Positions 41,881-50,870 of a DNA stretch of 64,000 bases are shown here, piece after piece. Position 1 is the first letter of the stretch; every line of letters begins with the position of its first letter. The position numbers and the translations under genes are program-made. Source of the DNA: Alphaproteobacteria bacterium. Lineage in GTDB: Bacteria; Pseudomonadota; Alphaproteobacteria; GCA-2746255. A model generated the notes under the pieces. It worked only from the letters and a program-made list of their open reading frames with translations. It ran no database searches and was not told where the DNA came from. The stretch lies in contig OZ252220.1 of assembly GCA_965249135.1 (NCBI GenBank), positions 1,472,001 through 1,536,000 of the forward strand, in the 5' to 3' direction.

Positions 41881-42448
41881 GATTTCAGCAGAACGGCGCA
41901 GCGCGAACATGCGCGCAATCCGCAACAAGGATATGTCACCAGAGATCACGGTCCGCCGGGTAACACACGGCCTGGGGTTCCGTTACAGGCTTCACCGGCG
42001 CGATCTCCCTGGCTGCCCTGACCTGGTATTCTCAAGCCGGCGGAAAGTGATATTTGTGCATGGCTGTTTCTGGCATCAACACGCCTCCAAGGCGTGCAAG
42101 ATTGCCCGGATGCCAAAGTCTAACCAGAACTATTGGACAGCGAAGCTGAAAAGGAATGTGGCCCGGGATTCGGAAAACCAATCGCGTCTGCGTAAAATGG
42201 GCTGGGAAGTGGCTGTGATTTGGGAATGTGAAACGAAAGAACTAAAGGCGCTGAGAAAGAAGATCAGTAAGTTCTTGTTTAGGAAACCGCTAATTCCTTT
42301 GAACCTAGACAAACCGGTGGTCAAGGTTAAGCCCTACAGCTATCAGCCTTCAAAGGCCGAGATTGAATCCGATATAAGCATTCCGGTTACGCCGGATGAA
42401 CTGGCGCACAGCATCATGCAGTGTGTAAAAGTGAAGGAAACCGGCTAA
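41873..42448 (+). CDS. vsr: Very-short-patch repair endonuclease with C-terminal extension
   Basis: Start MDKISAERRSANMRAIR; LPGCPDLVF, IFVHGCFWHQH, YWTAKLKRNVARD, VIWECE. Confidence 0.93.
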   Translation: MDKISAERRSANMRAIRNKDMSPEITVRRVTHGLGFRYRLHRRDLPGCPDLVFSSRRKVIFVHGCFWHQHASKACKIARMPKSNQNYWTAKLKRNVARDSENQSRLRKMGWEVAVIWECETKELKALRKKISKFLFRKPLIPLNLDKPVVKVKPYSYQPSKAEIESDISIPVTPDELAHSIMQCVKVKETG

Positions 42449-42472
42449 TTAAGTCTATGAAGAAGAGGCACG

Positions 42473-42943
42473 ATGATGGCGATTGCTGAAACCCTGACCG
42501 CTCTCAAGTCCGTTCTTGACGTCGCAAACAACCTTAAATCCCTCAGTGAAGCGGCGTCCGCGGGAACGGCTCCGGGCGATCTCGCAAAGACGCTCAATGG
42601 GGAGATTCTCGAATTGCAGAGACAAGTCTACGCCGCCAACGAGAGCGCATTGGCTGCCCAAAAGGCGGAGGCGGGACTGACTCAGCGTATAAGCGAGATG
42701 GAAGAAATAATTGCTGGCCAGGAAAGCTGGACGGAGGAGAAGGCGCGCTATGAACTTCATAGGACTGGAGGTTCGGTCACAGTCTACCGTTTGAGAAAGG
42801 AACATATAAACGCCTCTGAACCCGCGCATTGCATTTGCCCAAACTGCTATACGCAAGGCCAGAAATCTATCCTTCAGCTTACCAATGTGGCGAATACGTT
42901 GTATCAACTGAACTGCCAGAGATGTGGCGAAATCGTGACTTAA
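42473..42943 (+). CDS. Hypothetical coiled-coil plus C-terminal zinc-ribbon protein
   Basis: GAGG RBS; heptad-like helix (ILELQRQV...LTQRISEMEEII), then CPNC...CQRC. Confidence 0.75.
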   Translation: MMAIAETLTALKSVLDVANNLKSLSEAASAGTAPGDLAKTLNGEILELQRQVYAANESALAAQKAEAGLTQRISEMEEIIAGQESWTEEKARYELHRTGGSVTVYRLRKEHINASEPAHCICPNCYTQGQKSILQLTNVANTLYQLNCQRCGEIVT

Positions 42944-42990
42944 ATGACACCTTTTCTGTTGCAGATGCACCGGCCATCCTCTTTATCTGT

Positions 42991-43017
42991 AAAATGTGAC
43001 TTTCGTATATAATCCCC
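42991..43017 (-). repeat. Right terminal inverted repeat of the IS1595 element
   Basis: AAAATGTGACTTTCGTATATAATCCCC. Confidence 0.97.
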
Positions 43018-43022
43018 ATTAT

Positions 43023-43517
43023 TTAAGTTAGCGAACGAAGCTGTTCGTCGGTCAAATCGCCGGGCACGATCGTGATCGGGATCCGAATCTTGCCTGCCAT
43101 CTTGTTAACCAGATTGCTGATGATCGGTCCCGGCCCCTCCGGGCCTGAGGACGCGGCGAGCACGAGAATGGAAATGCTCGGCTCTTCCTCGATGACCTTC
43201 ACCAGCTCATCGCTGCGCGTTCCTTCCCGAACGAAGAGGACCGGTACCTTGCCGGTCAGTTCGTTCACTTCTTCCGAGAGCTGCTGGAGATGCTTCTCGG
43301 CTTCCGCGCGTGCCTCGTCGCGCATGAGCTCGCCAACCGTCATCCAGTGTTGGAAGTCGGCCGGCTCCAGCACGTAAAGAAGCGAGACGTAGCCCCCCGC
43401 GTTGCGGGCACGGTAGCAGGCAAAGCGAAGGGCCGTGCGCATCTCCTCCGTCGGATCGACGACGACGAGAAAACAGCGGCCGGATGGCTCCTTTTCGCTT
43501 TTCTTCTCTGGCGGCAT
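43023..43517 (-). CDS. Universal stress protein
   Basis: FLVVVD..EEMRTALRFA, ISILVLAA..GPEGPGP, IPITIVPG. Confidence 0.88.
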   Translation of the reverse strand: MPPEKKSEKEPSGRCFLVVVDPTEEMRTALRFACYRARNAGGYVSLLYVLEPADFQHWMTVGELMRDEARAEAEKHLQQLSEEVNELTGKVPVLFVREGTRSDELVKVIEEEPSISILVLAASSGPEGPGPIISNLVNKMAGKIRIPITIVPGDLTDEQLRSLT

Positions 43518-43552
43518 GCGACCTCGAGACCATGAAATGGGGGGGGTAAGGG

Positions 43553-44317
43553 TCAGACCCGGCGGAAGAAGACCCCGGCCAACCATCCTGCCACCAGGGC
43601 GAGGAAAATAGCAACGATCCCATATTGCGCCGCATGGGCATGGGCAAAGTTGAAAATCGCCGCCTCAAGGCCCGTCTTCTGGACAATGAGTGGAGTCGTC
43701 TGGACGCTGACGACCCGCTTTTCCTTTACCAACAGCACCTTGACGGTGTAAACGCCGACCGGCACCGTCGCCGGAAAGAACAGGCGAGTCTGGAACAGGC
43801 TGTTGCTCATGAAGGCAATCTCTCCGGTCTTAACTCCATAGAGCTGCTGGGCCTGTTTGCCGCGGATCAGCGCCTCGCGAAAGAGGCCGATCGTTTCTTT
43901 CGGCGCCTTCTGTGCCGCTCTCAGCCGCAAGTTCTCCGCGCCGATCTCGTTACGGACGCGCATCTCATGGGGCACGATCTCGTCGACCGGCCGGTTCGAG
44001 GCGGCGGCGTAATAGGCCGGCACATCCCGAAAGCGCATTCGGCTGCGGTTCATCCAAATGCCGGCGACCGATTCCTTTTGCCGCACGATAAGGTCCTGCG
44101 CCGGCCCGCGAACGATGACGACGATGTCCCCTTCCCCTTCCGTCGCCCCAAAGAGCAGGACCTCCGCACCGGTGAAGCTGGTCGTGATCTCAATCAAATG
44201 GTCGGAGAGATCCGCCACCAGCGGTTCCGCCCGAGCCGATGGCGACCCAAGCCAAAAGAGCCCGATGACGCCAATCAAGGGAAGGAAAAGCCGGTGAAGG
44301 AAATCGGGTCCGTTCAT
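43553..44317 (-). CDS. TIGR02186-family membrane protein
   Basis: LVADLS..IEITTSFTGAEVLLFG, GIWMN, C-terminal TM helix; usual partner of the TauE gene. Confidence 0.85.
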   Translation of the reverse strand: MNGPDFLHRLFLPLIGVIGLFWLGSPSARAEPLVADLSDHLIEITTSFTGAEVLLFGATEGEGDIVVIVRGPAQDLIVRQKESVAGIWMNRSRMRFRDVPAYYAAASNRPVDEIVPHEMRVRNEIGAENLRLRAAQKAPKETIGLFREALIRGKQAQQLYGVKTGEIAFMSNSLFQTRLFFPATVPVGVYTVKVLLVKEKRVVSVQTTPLIVQKTGLEAAIFNFAHAHAAQYGIVAIFLALVAGWLAGVFFRRV

Positions 44318-45231
44318 GGCATCACCAAGCTTAAGGAGAAGACGTCCGCCGGCGTTGCCACCAATCCCCAAAGCATCCGCGCGCAGACGAAAAGGACCAA
44401 CAGGGCAAGCAGGCTTCTCAGTTCGTCGCTCTGCAGCTTGCCGCCGAAGCGCGTGCCAAGCTGGGCGCCGATCACGCCGCCAGTCAGAAGCAGGAGCGCA
44501 AGCAGAACGTCCACCGTCTGATTGTGCAACGCCTGCAGGAACGTCACGTTCGCCATGACGAAGATGATCTGGAAAAGCGAGGTGCCGACGACGACGGTGG
44601 TCGGCATGCCGATGAAATAGATCATCACCGGTATCAGGATGAAGCCGCCGCCGACCCCCATGATGGCGGCGAGCACACCGACGAAAACCCCGACCCCGAG
44701 CGGCAAGAGCGCGCTGATGTAGAGCTTCGAGCGGTGAAACCGCATCTTGAAGGGAAGCCCATGCACCCAGCGATGCTGGTGCAGCTTTCGTCGCGGCGAG
44801 ATGTGCCGGCGGCGGCGGAAGACGCTACGGGTGCTTTCCGCAAACATGAGGCTGCCGATCACGCCCAGGAAAACGACGTAAGCCAGCGCGATGACGAGAT
44901 CGATCTGGCCCAGACTCCGGAGGTAGGAAAACAGCCACACGCCGACGGTGGAGCCGAGTAGACCTCCGATGACGAGCACGATCCCCATCTTCAAGTCGAC
45001 GTTCTGCCGTCGCCAATGGGCGAGCGCGCCGGAGACGGAGGCGGCGACGATCTGGTTTGCCTCCGTGGCCACGGCGACCGCCGGCGGAATGCCGATGAAA
45101 ATGAGGAATGGCGTCATCAGGAAGCCGCCGCCGACCCCGAACAGGCCCGACAGGAAGCCGACAAGCCCCCCAAGTCCGAGAAGAAGAAAGACATCTACCG
45201 AAATCTCGGCAATGGGGAGGTAAATCTGCAT
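44314..45231 (-). CDS. TauE/SafE-family sulfite exporter-like permease
   Basis: MQIYLPIAE, SGLFGVGGGFLMTP, IMGVGGGFIL, VVGTSLFQI. Confidence 0.9.
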   Translation of the reverse strand: MQIYLPIAEISVDVFLLLGLGGLVGFLSGLFGVGGGFLMTPFLIFIGIPPAVAVATEANQIVAASVSGALAHWRRQNVDLKMGIVLVIGGLLGSTVGVWLFSYLRSLGQIDLVIALAYVVFLGVIGSLMFAESTRSVFRRRRHISPRRKLHQHRWVHGLPFKMRFHRSKLYISALLPLGVGVFVGVLAAIMGVGGGFILIPVMIYFIGMPTTVVVGTSLFQIIFVMANVTFLQALHNQTVDVLLALLLLTGGVIGAQLGTRFGGKLQSDELRSLLALLVLFVCARMLWGLVATPADVFSLSLVMP

Positions 45232-45353
45232 TTGGCCTATGTTTTACGGTCGCTTAGACCGTTATGCAGAGATAGGCCGAGCGCCACCGCAAGGGCAAGC
45301 CCAAATCGCATTCTCGCAAGAAAAAGAGAGTAAGAAGTGCCGCGCTTAAAAAA

Positions 45354-46352
45354 TCAGTAGTACACGAGTCCCATGAGGTCGCGAATCTCGGCCAAGTGCT
45401 TCTCGGCAATGGCGGTGGCACGCTCCGTGCCTTCCTTCAAGATCGCATCGACCAAGGCGGTGTCCTCTTTAAGCTCCGTCATCGTCTCGCCGATCGGCCC
45501 CAGCACCTCGACGGCAAGCTCGGTCAACGCTTCCTTGAAGGCCGAGAACTGGGCGCCGGCGAAACGCGCCAGCACGGCGTTCCGATCCTCTCCCGCCAGG
45601 GCCGCATAAATGCCGACGAGATTCGCCGCCTCCGGCCTTCCCTCGAGGCCCTTCGGCGCATCCGGCAAGGGATCCGGATCCGTTTTCGCCTTGCGGATTT
45701 TCCGGGCGATGGTGTCGCGATCGTCCGTAAGGTTGATCCGGGAATTGTCGGAAGAGTCGGATTTGCTCATCTTCGCCGTTCCGTCGCGAAGGCTCATGAC
45801 CCGGGTCGCCTCGCCGAAGATCTGCGGCTCCGGCAAGGGAAAATACTCGATGCCATAGTGGCGGTTGAAGGCGCCGGCGATGTCGCGGCAAAGCTCGAGA
45901 TGCTGCTTCTGGTCTTCGCCGACCGGCACATGGGTCGCCTTATAAAGCAACACATCCGCCGCCATCAGCACCGGATAGGCATAAAGCCCAAGGCCCGCCT
46001 TTTCCTGATGCGGGCCTGCCTTGTCCTTGAACTGGGTCATCCGGTTGAGCCAGCCAAGCGGCGTCAGACAGCCGAGCAGCCAGGCGAGCTCGGCATGGCC
46101 GCAAACGGCGCTCTGGTTGAAGATGATGCAGCGCTTCGCATCGATCCCGGCCGCGATGAAGGCGGCCGTCACTTCCCGGGTATGGGCGGCAAGTGCGGCG
46201 GGTTCCTGTGGCGTCGTCAGCGCATGCAGATCGACGATGCAATAAATGCACTCGAAACGCTCCTGCAGGCCGCCCCAGTTTCTGAGCGCGCCCAGGTAAT
46301 TACCGAGATGCAGATTCCCGGTCGGCTGCACGCCGGAAAAGATGCGTTCCAT
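45354..46352 (-). CDS. trpS: Tryptophan-tRNA ligase
   Basis: [41 protein letters not shown]. Confidence 0.97.
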   Translation of the reverse strand: MERIFSGVQPTGNLHLGNYLGALRNWGGLQERFECIYCIVDLHALTTPQEPAALAAHTREVTAAFIAAGIDAKRCIIFNQSAVCGHAELAWLLGCLTPLGWLNRMTQFKDKAGPHQEKAGLGLYAYPVLMAADVLLYKATHVPVGEDQKQHLELCRDIAGAFNRHYGIEYFPLPEPQIFGEATRVMSLRDGTAKMSKSDSSDNSRINLTDDRDTIARKIRKAKTDPDPLPDAPKGLEGRPEAANLVGIYAALAGEDRNAVLARFAGAQFSAFKEALTELAVEVLGPIGETMTELKEDTALVDAILKEGTERATAIAEKHLAEIRDLMGLVYY

Positions 46353-46397
46353 GTCTTGAGCTCCCGCGGAGCCCTTTCGGGCGGGCGAAGTCTCCCC

Positions 46398-47963
46398 TCA
46401 AGCCTCCGTCTGGTCAAGCGCGCTTTTCCGGAAAAGCGCGCGCAGATCCTCCTTCTCGAACGCCCCAAGAAGACGCGCGAAAAGAAAATAGACCCCGGTA
46501 CCGCCGCCGACGAGAACCAGCAAGGCGATCCAGCGTTCGACTTCGCCGCCCATGAGTGGTGCTTCCAGCAGTTGTGCCGCCCAAAACGCAAGCCCGCCCA
46601 TGGCCAGCGAGGCAAGCGCCATGCGCGGCAGTCGTCTTTTCAACCGTGCATCCAGGACCAGATCGTGCCTGCGCCACAATCCGAGCGCCAGCAGGCTCGC
46701 GTTGAACCAGGAAGCGATCGCCGTGGCAAACGCGATGCCCACATGGGCGAAGGGAATCATCAACGCGATGCTCAAGACGATGTTAAGCGCGACGGCAACG
46801 CCTGCGATTTTCACCGGCGTCGTCGTATCTTTTCGGGCGAAGAACGCGGGCGCCAGGACCTTGACGAGCACATAGGCCGGCAGACCCACCGCATAGGCCG
46901 TCAGCGCCAAAGCCGAGGCTTCGGTTTCCGCGTCACCGAACGCACCCCGTTCGAACAGCACGCGGATGATCGGCTCGCTTAAAAGAAACAAGGCAACCGT
47001 CGCCGGAAGCGTCAGAAAGAGGGTGGCCTCGATCGCCCGGTTCTGGCTTGCGTTCGCAGCCTCGCTATCGCCGGCGCGAATCTGGCGCGACAGCAGCGGC
47101 AAAAGCGCCGTGCCGACGGCGATCCCAACGACACCGAGCGGCAGCTGGTTCAACCGGTCCGCATAGTAAAGGTAGGAAATCGCGCCGGCAGGCAAGAGAG
47201 AAGCAAGGATAACGTCGACGAACAGGTTGATCTGAACAATCCCGGCACCGACCGCACCGGGGGCTAGCAGACCGAGGAAGCGTTTCACGGCCGGCGTCAA
47301 TCGGGGCCGACGCAGGCGAAGCCGAAAATCGGCCTTTTTGAGCGCGATCACCAACCACAGGAATTGCCCAACGCCGGCGATGGCAACCCCGATCGCAAGC
47401 GCATGCCCCGGCGTCGCCGTAAAGTTCGCTAAGATCAGCAGGCTTCCGATCAACATCAAGTTGAGCAGGATCGGCGTTGCCGCAACGGCCGCAAAACGGC
47501 CAAGCGAATTCAGCACGCCGCCCATGAGTGAGACGAGCGAGATAAACAGAAGGTAAGGAAAGGTTATCCGCGTAAATTGGGTGGCAAAATCGTAGCGCTC
47601 GGGATCGTCCACGAAGCCGGGCGCAAGCAGATACAAAAGCCAAGGCATCGTAATCTCTGCGATCGCGACGAAGACGGCAAGCGTGATGAAAAGCACGGCA
47701 AGCACCTCTTCTGCGAAGCGTTTTGCATCGTCTTGGCCTTCTTTTTCGAGAAAACCGGCGAACATCGGAACGAAGGCTGCGTTGAAAGCCCCTTCCGCAA
47801 ACAGTCTCCGGAAGAAATTCGGCAATTTGAACGCGACGAAGAAGGCGTCGGCCACAACGCCTGCGCCCAGAATCGCCGCGAGCAAGATGTCGCGGATGAA
47901 GCCGAGCACGCGGCTTGTCAGTGTGTAGCCACCGACGGTGGCAATCGATCGAAGAAGCGCCAT
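46398..47963 (-). CDS. murJ: Lipid II flippase MurJ
   Basis: SRVLGFIRD, PNFFRRLFAEGAF, LYYADRLNQLPLG. Confidence 0.96.
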   Translation of the reverse strand: MALLRSIATVGGYTLTSRVLGFIRDILLAAILGAGVVADAFFVAFKLPNFFRRLFAEGAFNAAFVPMFAGFLEKEGQDDAKRFAEEVLAVLFITLAVFVAIAEITMPWLLYLLAPGFVDDPERYDFATQFTRITFPYLLFISLVSLMGGVLNSLGRFAAVAATPILLNLMLIGSLLILANFTATPGHALAIGVAIAGVGQFLWLVIALKKADFRLRLRRPRLTPAVKRFLGLLAPGAVGAGIVQINLFVDVILASLLPAGAISYLYYADRLNQLPLGVVGIAVGTALLPLLSRQIRAGDSEAANASQNRAIEATLFLTLPATVALFLLSEPIIRVLFERGAFGDAETEASALALTAYAVGLPAYVLVKVLAPAFFARKDTTTPVKIAGVAVALNIVLSIALMIPFAHVGIAFATAIASWFNASLLALGLWRRHDLVLDARLKRRLPRMALASLAMGGLAFWAAQLLEAPLMGGEVERWIALLVLVGGGTGVYFLFARLLGAFEKEDLRALFRKSALDQTEA

Positions 47964-48028
47964 GATCTTGATATGTATCGGATTTTTTGACGCGTTGGAA
48001 GGCGAAGCGACGCCACCAAGCCGGACGC

Positions 48029-50785
48029 CTATTCGTCGGACGCTGCCCTTGCCTCCAAAGGCTGGCTTTGCTGCCCCTCGACGGCATCGAGCAGGCGGGC
48101 CTTTATCTCCTTCAGCTTCACCTCGTGCTCGAGCTTCATGCCGAAGATGTCCTTCACATAGAAGACATCGACGGCGCGTTCACCATAGGTCGTGACATGC
48201 GCGCTTCCGATCTGCAGATTGAGGTCGCTTAATGCACGCGTGACGTCGTAGAGGAAGCCGGGGCGATCACGCCCATTTACTTCGATGACCGTGAAGCTGT
48301 GGCTGGCCTTGTTGTCGATCAGGACACGCGGTGCGACCGTGAAGATCTGGGTACGGCTTGGCAGCCTCGCGTGCCGGGCAAGTTCCTTGACGGGCAGGAT
48401 TCGGCCGGCCAGGGTTTCCTCGATCAGCCTTGCGAGCGTCTTGGTGAGGTTCGGTTTTTCGAACGCCCTGCCGGTGACGGCTTGCAGCCAGAAGGTATCG
48501 AGCGCCATGCCGTTCTTCATGGTGGAGATCTTGGCATCCACGATGTTCGCACCCGCCAGTGAAAGCGCGCCCGCCAGCCGTGAGAAAAGTCCGGGATGAT
48601 CGGCTGTATAAATCGTCACTTCCGTTACGTCGCGCGCCGCATCCACATGTGTCTTTACGGAAAGCGGAACCGCGTTTTCATCCGCCTCGTGCATGAGTCG
48701 CGCCTGGCGCGCCAGCGTCTCGGCCGGGTAGGCCAACCAATAGGCTGCAAAGCCGCGCTCGCGGAAGCCGGCGAAGGTTTCGTCCGTCCAATCGCTAAGC
48801 ATGGCCCGCAACGCTTCGAGGGCGGCCTCGACACGCGCTTCCGTCACCTGCGTCATCAAGCCGCCCGACATGACCTCTTCGGCCCGGAAGTAGAGCGCAC
48901 GAAGCAGCGATGCCTTCCACGCGTTCCAGACGTCCGGACCGACGGCGCGGATATCGGAGACGGTGAGCAGCAGGAGAAGCCGCAACCGTTCCGGCGACTG
49001 CACGGCGTCCACGAATGCCTGGATCGCCTCCGGGTCGTTCGTGTCCCGCTGGAAGGCGGTGCCGCTCATCAGGAGGTGGTAACGCACGAGCCAGACGACG
49101 GTTTCCGTTTCCTCTTCCGTCAGGCGCAGCCGGCGACAGATACGGGCGGCAATCTCGGCCCCGACGATGGAATGATCGCCCGGCCGGCCTTTCGCGATGT
49201 CGTGGAAAAGAACGGCGAGGTAAAGGGCGCGTCTGGAGAGGACCTTGTGCACGATCTCGGAGGAAAGCGGCATGGCTTCGCACAATCGACCTTCTTCGAT
49301 TCCGTGTAACGTGCCGATCGCAAAGAGGGAATGCTCGTCCACCGTATGGACGTGGTACATGTTGTATTGCATCTGGGCGACGATCCGCCCGAACTCCGGA
49401 AGCAAGCGGCCAAGCACGCCAGCCTCGTTCATTCGCCGAAGCGCGCGTTCCGGATCCTTCTTCGAAGTGAGGATTTCCAGAAAGAGGCGCGAGGCCTCCT
49501 TGCTGTCCCGCAAGCCATGATCGATTCTTTTCAGGTTTTGCGTGATCAGGCGGAGCGCGTAGGGGTGCACGTCGAGCTCTTTTTCCTGCGCGACGTGAAA
49601 CAGCTTGATGAGACGCAGTGTATCGGCTTCGAAGGCATCGTCTTTTTCCACGTTGATCCGATTGCCCTCGACGACGAATCCCTCGATGCGCGATAGCGCC
49701 ATCCAGGGAAGGCGGAAGCGCGGGCGGCGTTTTTGTTGTGCCTCCAAACAGGCGCAGAAGATCCGCGTAAGATCGCCGACGTCTTTCGCCACAAGAAAGT
49801 AATGCTTCATGAAGCGCTCGACGCCGCGCGCATGCCCGCGATCCACATAGCCCATCCGGCGGCTGATCTCGGGCTGGACGTCGAAGGTGAGCCGTTCCTC
49901 CGGCCGGCCGGCAAGGTAGTGAAGGTGATAGCGCACGTTCCAAAGAAACCGGAGCGCGCGATCGAAGCGGGTGGCCTCATGCGCCGTCAACACACCAAGC
50001 GGCACCAAGGCGGCCGGGTCGTCGACCTGGTAGGCGGCCTTGGCAATCCAGAAAAGGGTGTGCAGATCGCGCAACCCCCCTTTGCCGTCCTTGATGTTCG
50101 GCTCCAGCACGTAACGGGAATCGCCTAACCGTTGGTGGCGTGCATCGCGTTCGGCGAGTTTCGCGTCGATAAATTCCGTCGTCGTCGGAACCAACACGTC
50201 GCGGAAGAAGCGCATGCGCATGCGCTCGTAAAGTGTCTCATTGCCAGCGATGAAGCGGGATTCAAGGAGCGCCGTGCGGATCGTTACGTCCGCCTTCGCC
50301 AGGCGGATGCAATCGTCGGTGGAGCGCACGGCGTGGCCGACCTTCAGGCCCAGATCCCAAAGCATGTAGAGCAGGTATTCGATGACCTGCTCGCCGAAGG
50401 GGGTCTGCTTGTAGGGAAAGACGAACAGCAAATCGAGGTCCGACTGGGGCGCCAACTCGCCGCGCCCATAGCCGCCGACGGCGACGACGGCGAGGTGCTC
50501 GGCGACCGTCGGGTTGGAGACCCGGAAGAGGTGGCCCGTCGTGAAGGCGTAAAGCGCCTTCAGCAGGGCATCGAAGCCCTGGCTGGCCTCCTGGGCGATA
50601 TCGAAGCCATTTGTTCCGGATTCGAAACGACTCTGCAATTCCGCGCGCATTTCGGCGAGCTGGCGCCGCAATTCGGCGAGCAGGCGGGAGCGAAGCCTTT
50701 CCTGGTTCGCGTCTTCCCGATAAAGCGCCGCGAGGGCCGCCTCAAGGGCATCGGCTTCCAGGGCTGGTTCGGTCGTCTTTTCCAT
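48029..50785 (-). CDS. glnD: [Protein-PII] uridylyltransferase
   Basis: AVGGYGRGELAPQSDLDL, EPNIKDGKGGLRD, HVHTVDEH, FHDIAKG and two ACT domains. Confidence 0.96.
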   Translation of the reverse strand: MEKTTEPALEADALEAALAALYREDANQERLRSRLLAELRRQLAEMRAELQSRFESGTNGFDIAQEASQGFDALLKALYAFTTGHLFRVSNPTVAEHLAVVAVGGYGRGELAPQSDLDLLFVFPYKQTPFGEQVIEYLLYMLWDLGLKVGHAVRSTDDCIRLAKADVTIRTALLESRFIAGNETLYERMRMRFFRDVLVPTTTEFIDAKLAERDARHQRLGDSRYVLEPNIKDGKGGLRDLHTLFWIAKAAYQVDDPAALVPLGVLTAHEATRFDRALRFLWNVRYHLHYLAGRPEERLTFDVQPEISRRMGYVDRGHARGVERFMKHYFLVAKDVGDLTRIFCACLEAQQKRRPRFRLPWMALSRIEGFVVEGNRINVEKDDAFEADTLRLIKLFHVAQEKELDVHPYALRLITQNLKRIDHGLRDSKEASRLFLEILTSKKDPERALRRMNEAGVLGRLLPEFGRIVAQMQYNMYHVHTVDEHSLFAIGTLHGIEEGRLCEAMPLSSEIVHKVLSRRALYLAVLFHDIAKGRPGDHSIVGAEIAARICRRLRLTEEETETVVWLVRYHLLMSGTAFQRDTNDPEAIQAFVDAVQSPERLRLLLLLTVSDIRAVGPDVWNAWKASLLRALYFRAEEVMSGGLMTQVTEARVEAALEALRAMLSDWTDETFAGFRERGFAAYWLAYPAETLARQARLMHEADENAVPLSVKTHVDAARDVTEVTIYTADHPGLFSRLAGALSLAGANIVDAKISTMKNGMALDTFWLQAVTGRAFEKPNLTKTLARLIEETLAGRILPVKELARHARLPSRTQIFTVAPRVLIDNKASHSFTVIEVNGRDRPGFLYDVTRALSDLNLQIGSAHVTTYGERAVDVFYVKDIFGMKLEHEVKLKEIKARLLDAVEGQQSQPLEARAASDE

Positions 50786-50870
50786 GCGTCTCGTCCATCG
50801 GTCTTGCGGCATTCAATGGCCAGAAATGCAAAGAATGCCTGAAGAATAGGAAGGATAGGAAGGAAACGTC

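Larger units (their letters stand above)
39352..43017 (+). mobile_element. IS1595-family (ISNwi1-like ends) cargo-carrying IS, 3666 bp
   Basis: Perfect 27-bp TIRs GGGGATTATATACGAAAGTCACATTTT; flanks GTTATTTA (39344-39351) and ATTATTTA (43018-43025) form an 8-bp TSD with one mismatch; transposase plus four cargo genes. Confidence 0.95.

Noticed and set aside
45396-46982. Long alternative-frame ORFs (e.g. 45396-46982, 51132-52577, 52743-54038, 1346-2275)
   Set aside because: Antisense shadows of well-supported genes, expected in high-GC DNA, with no recognisable motifs.
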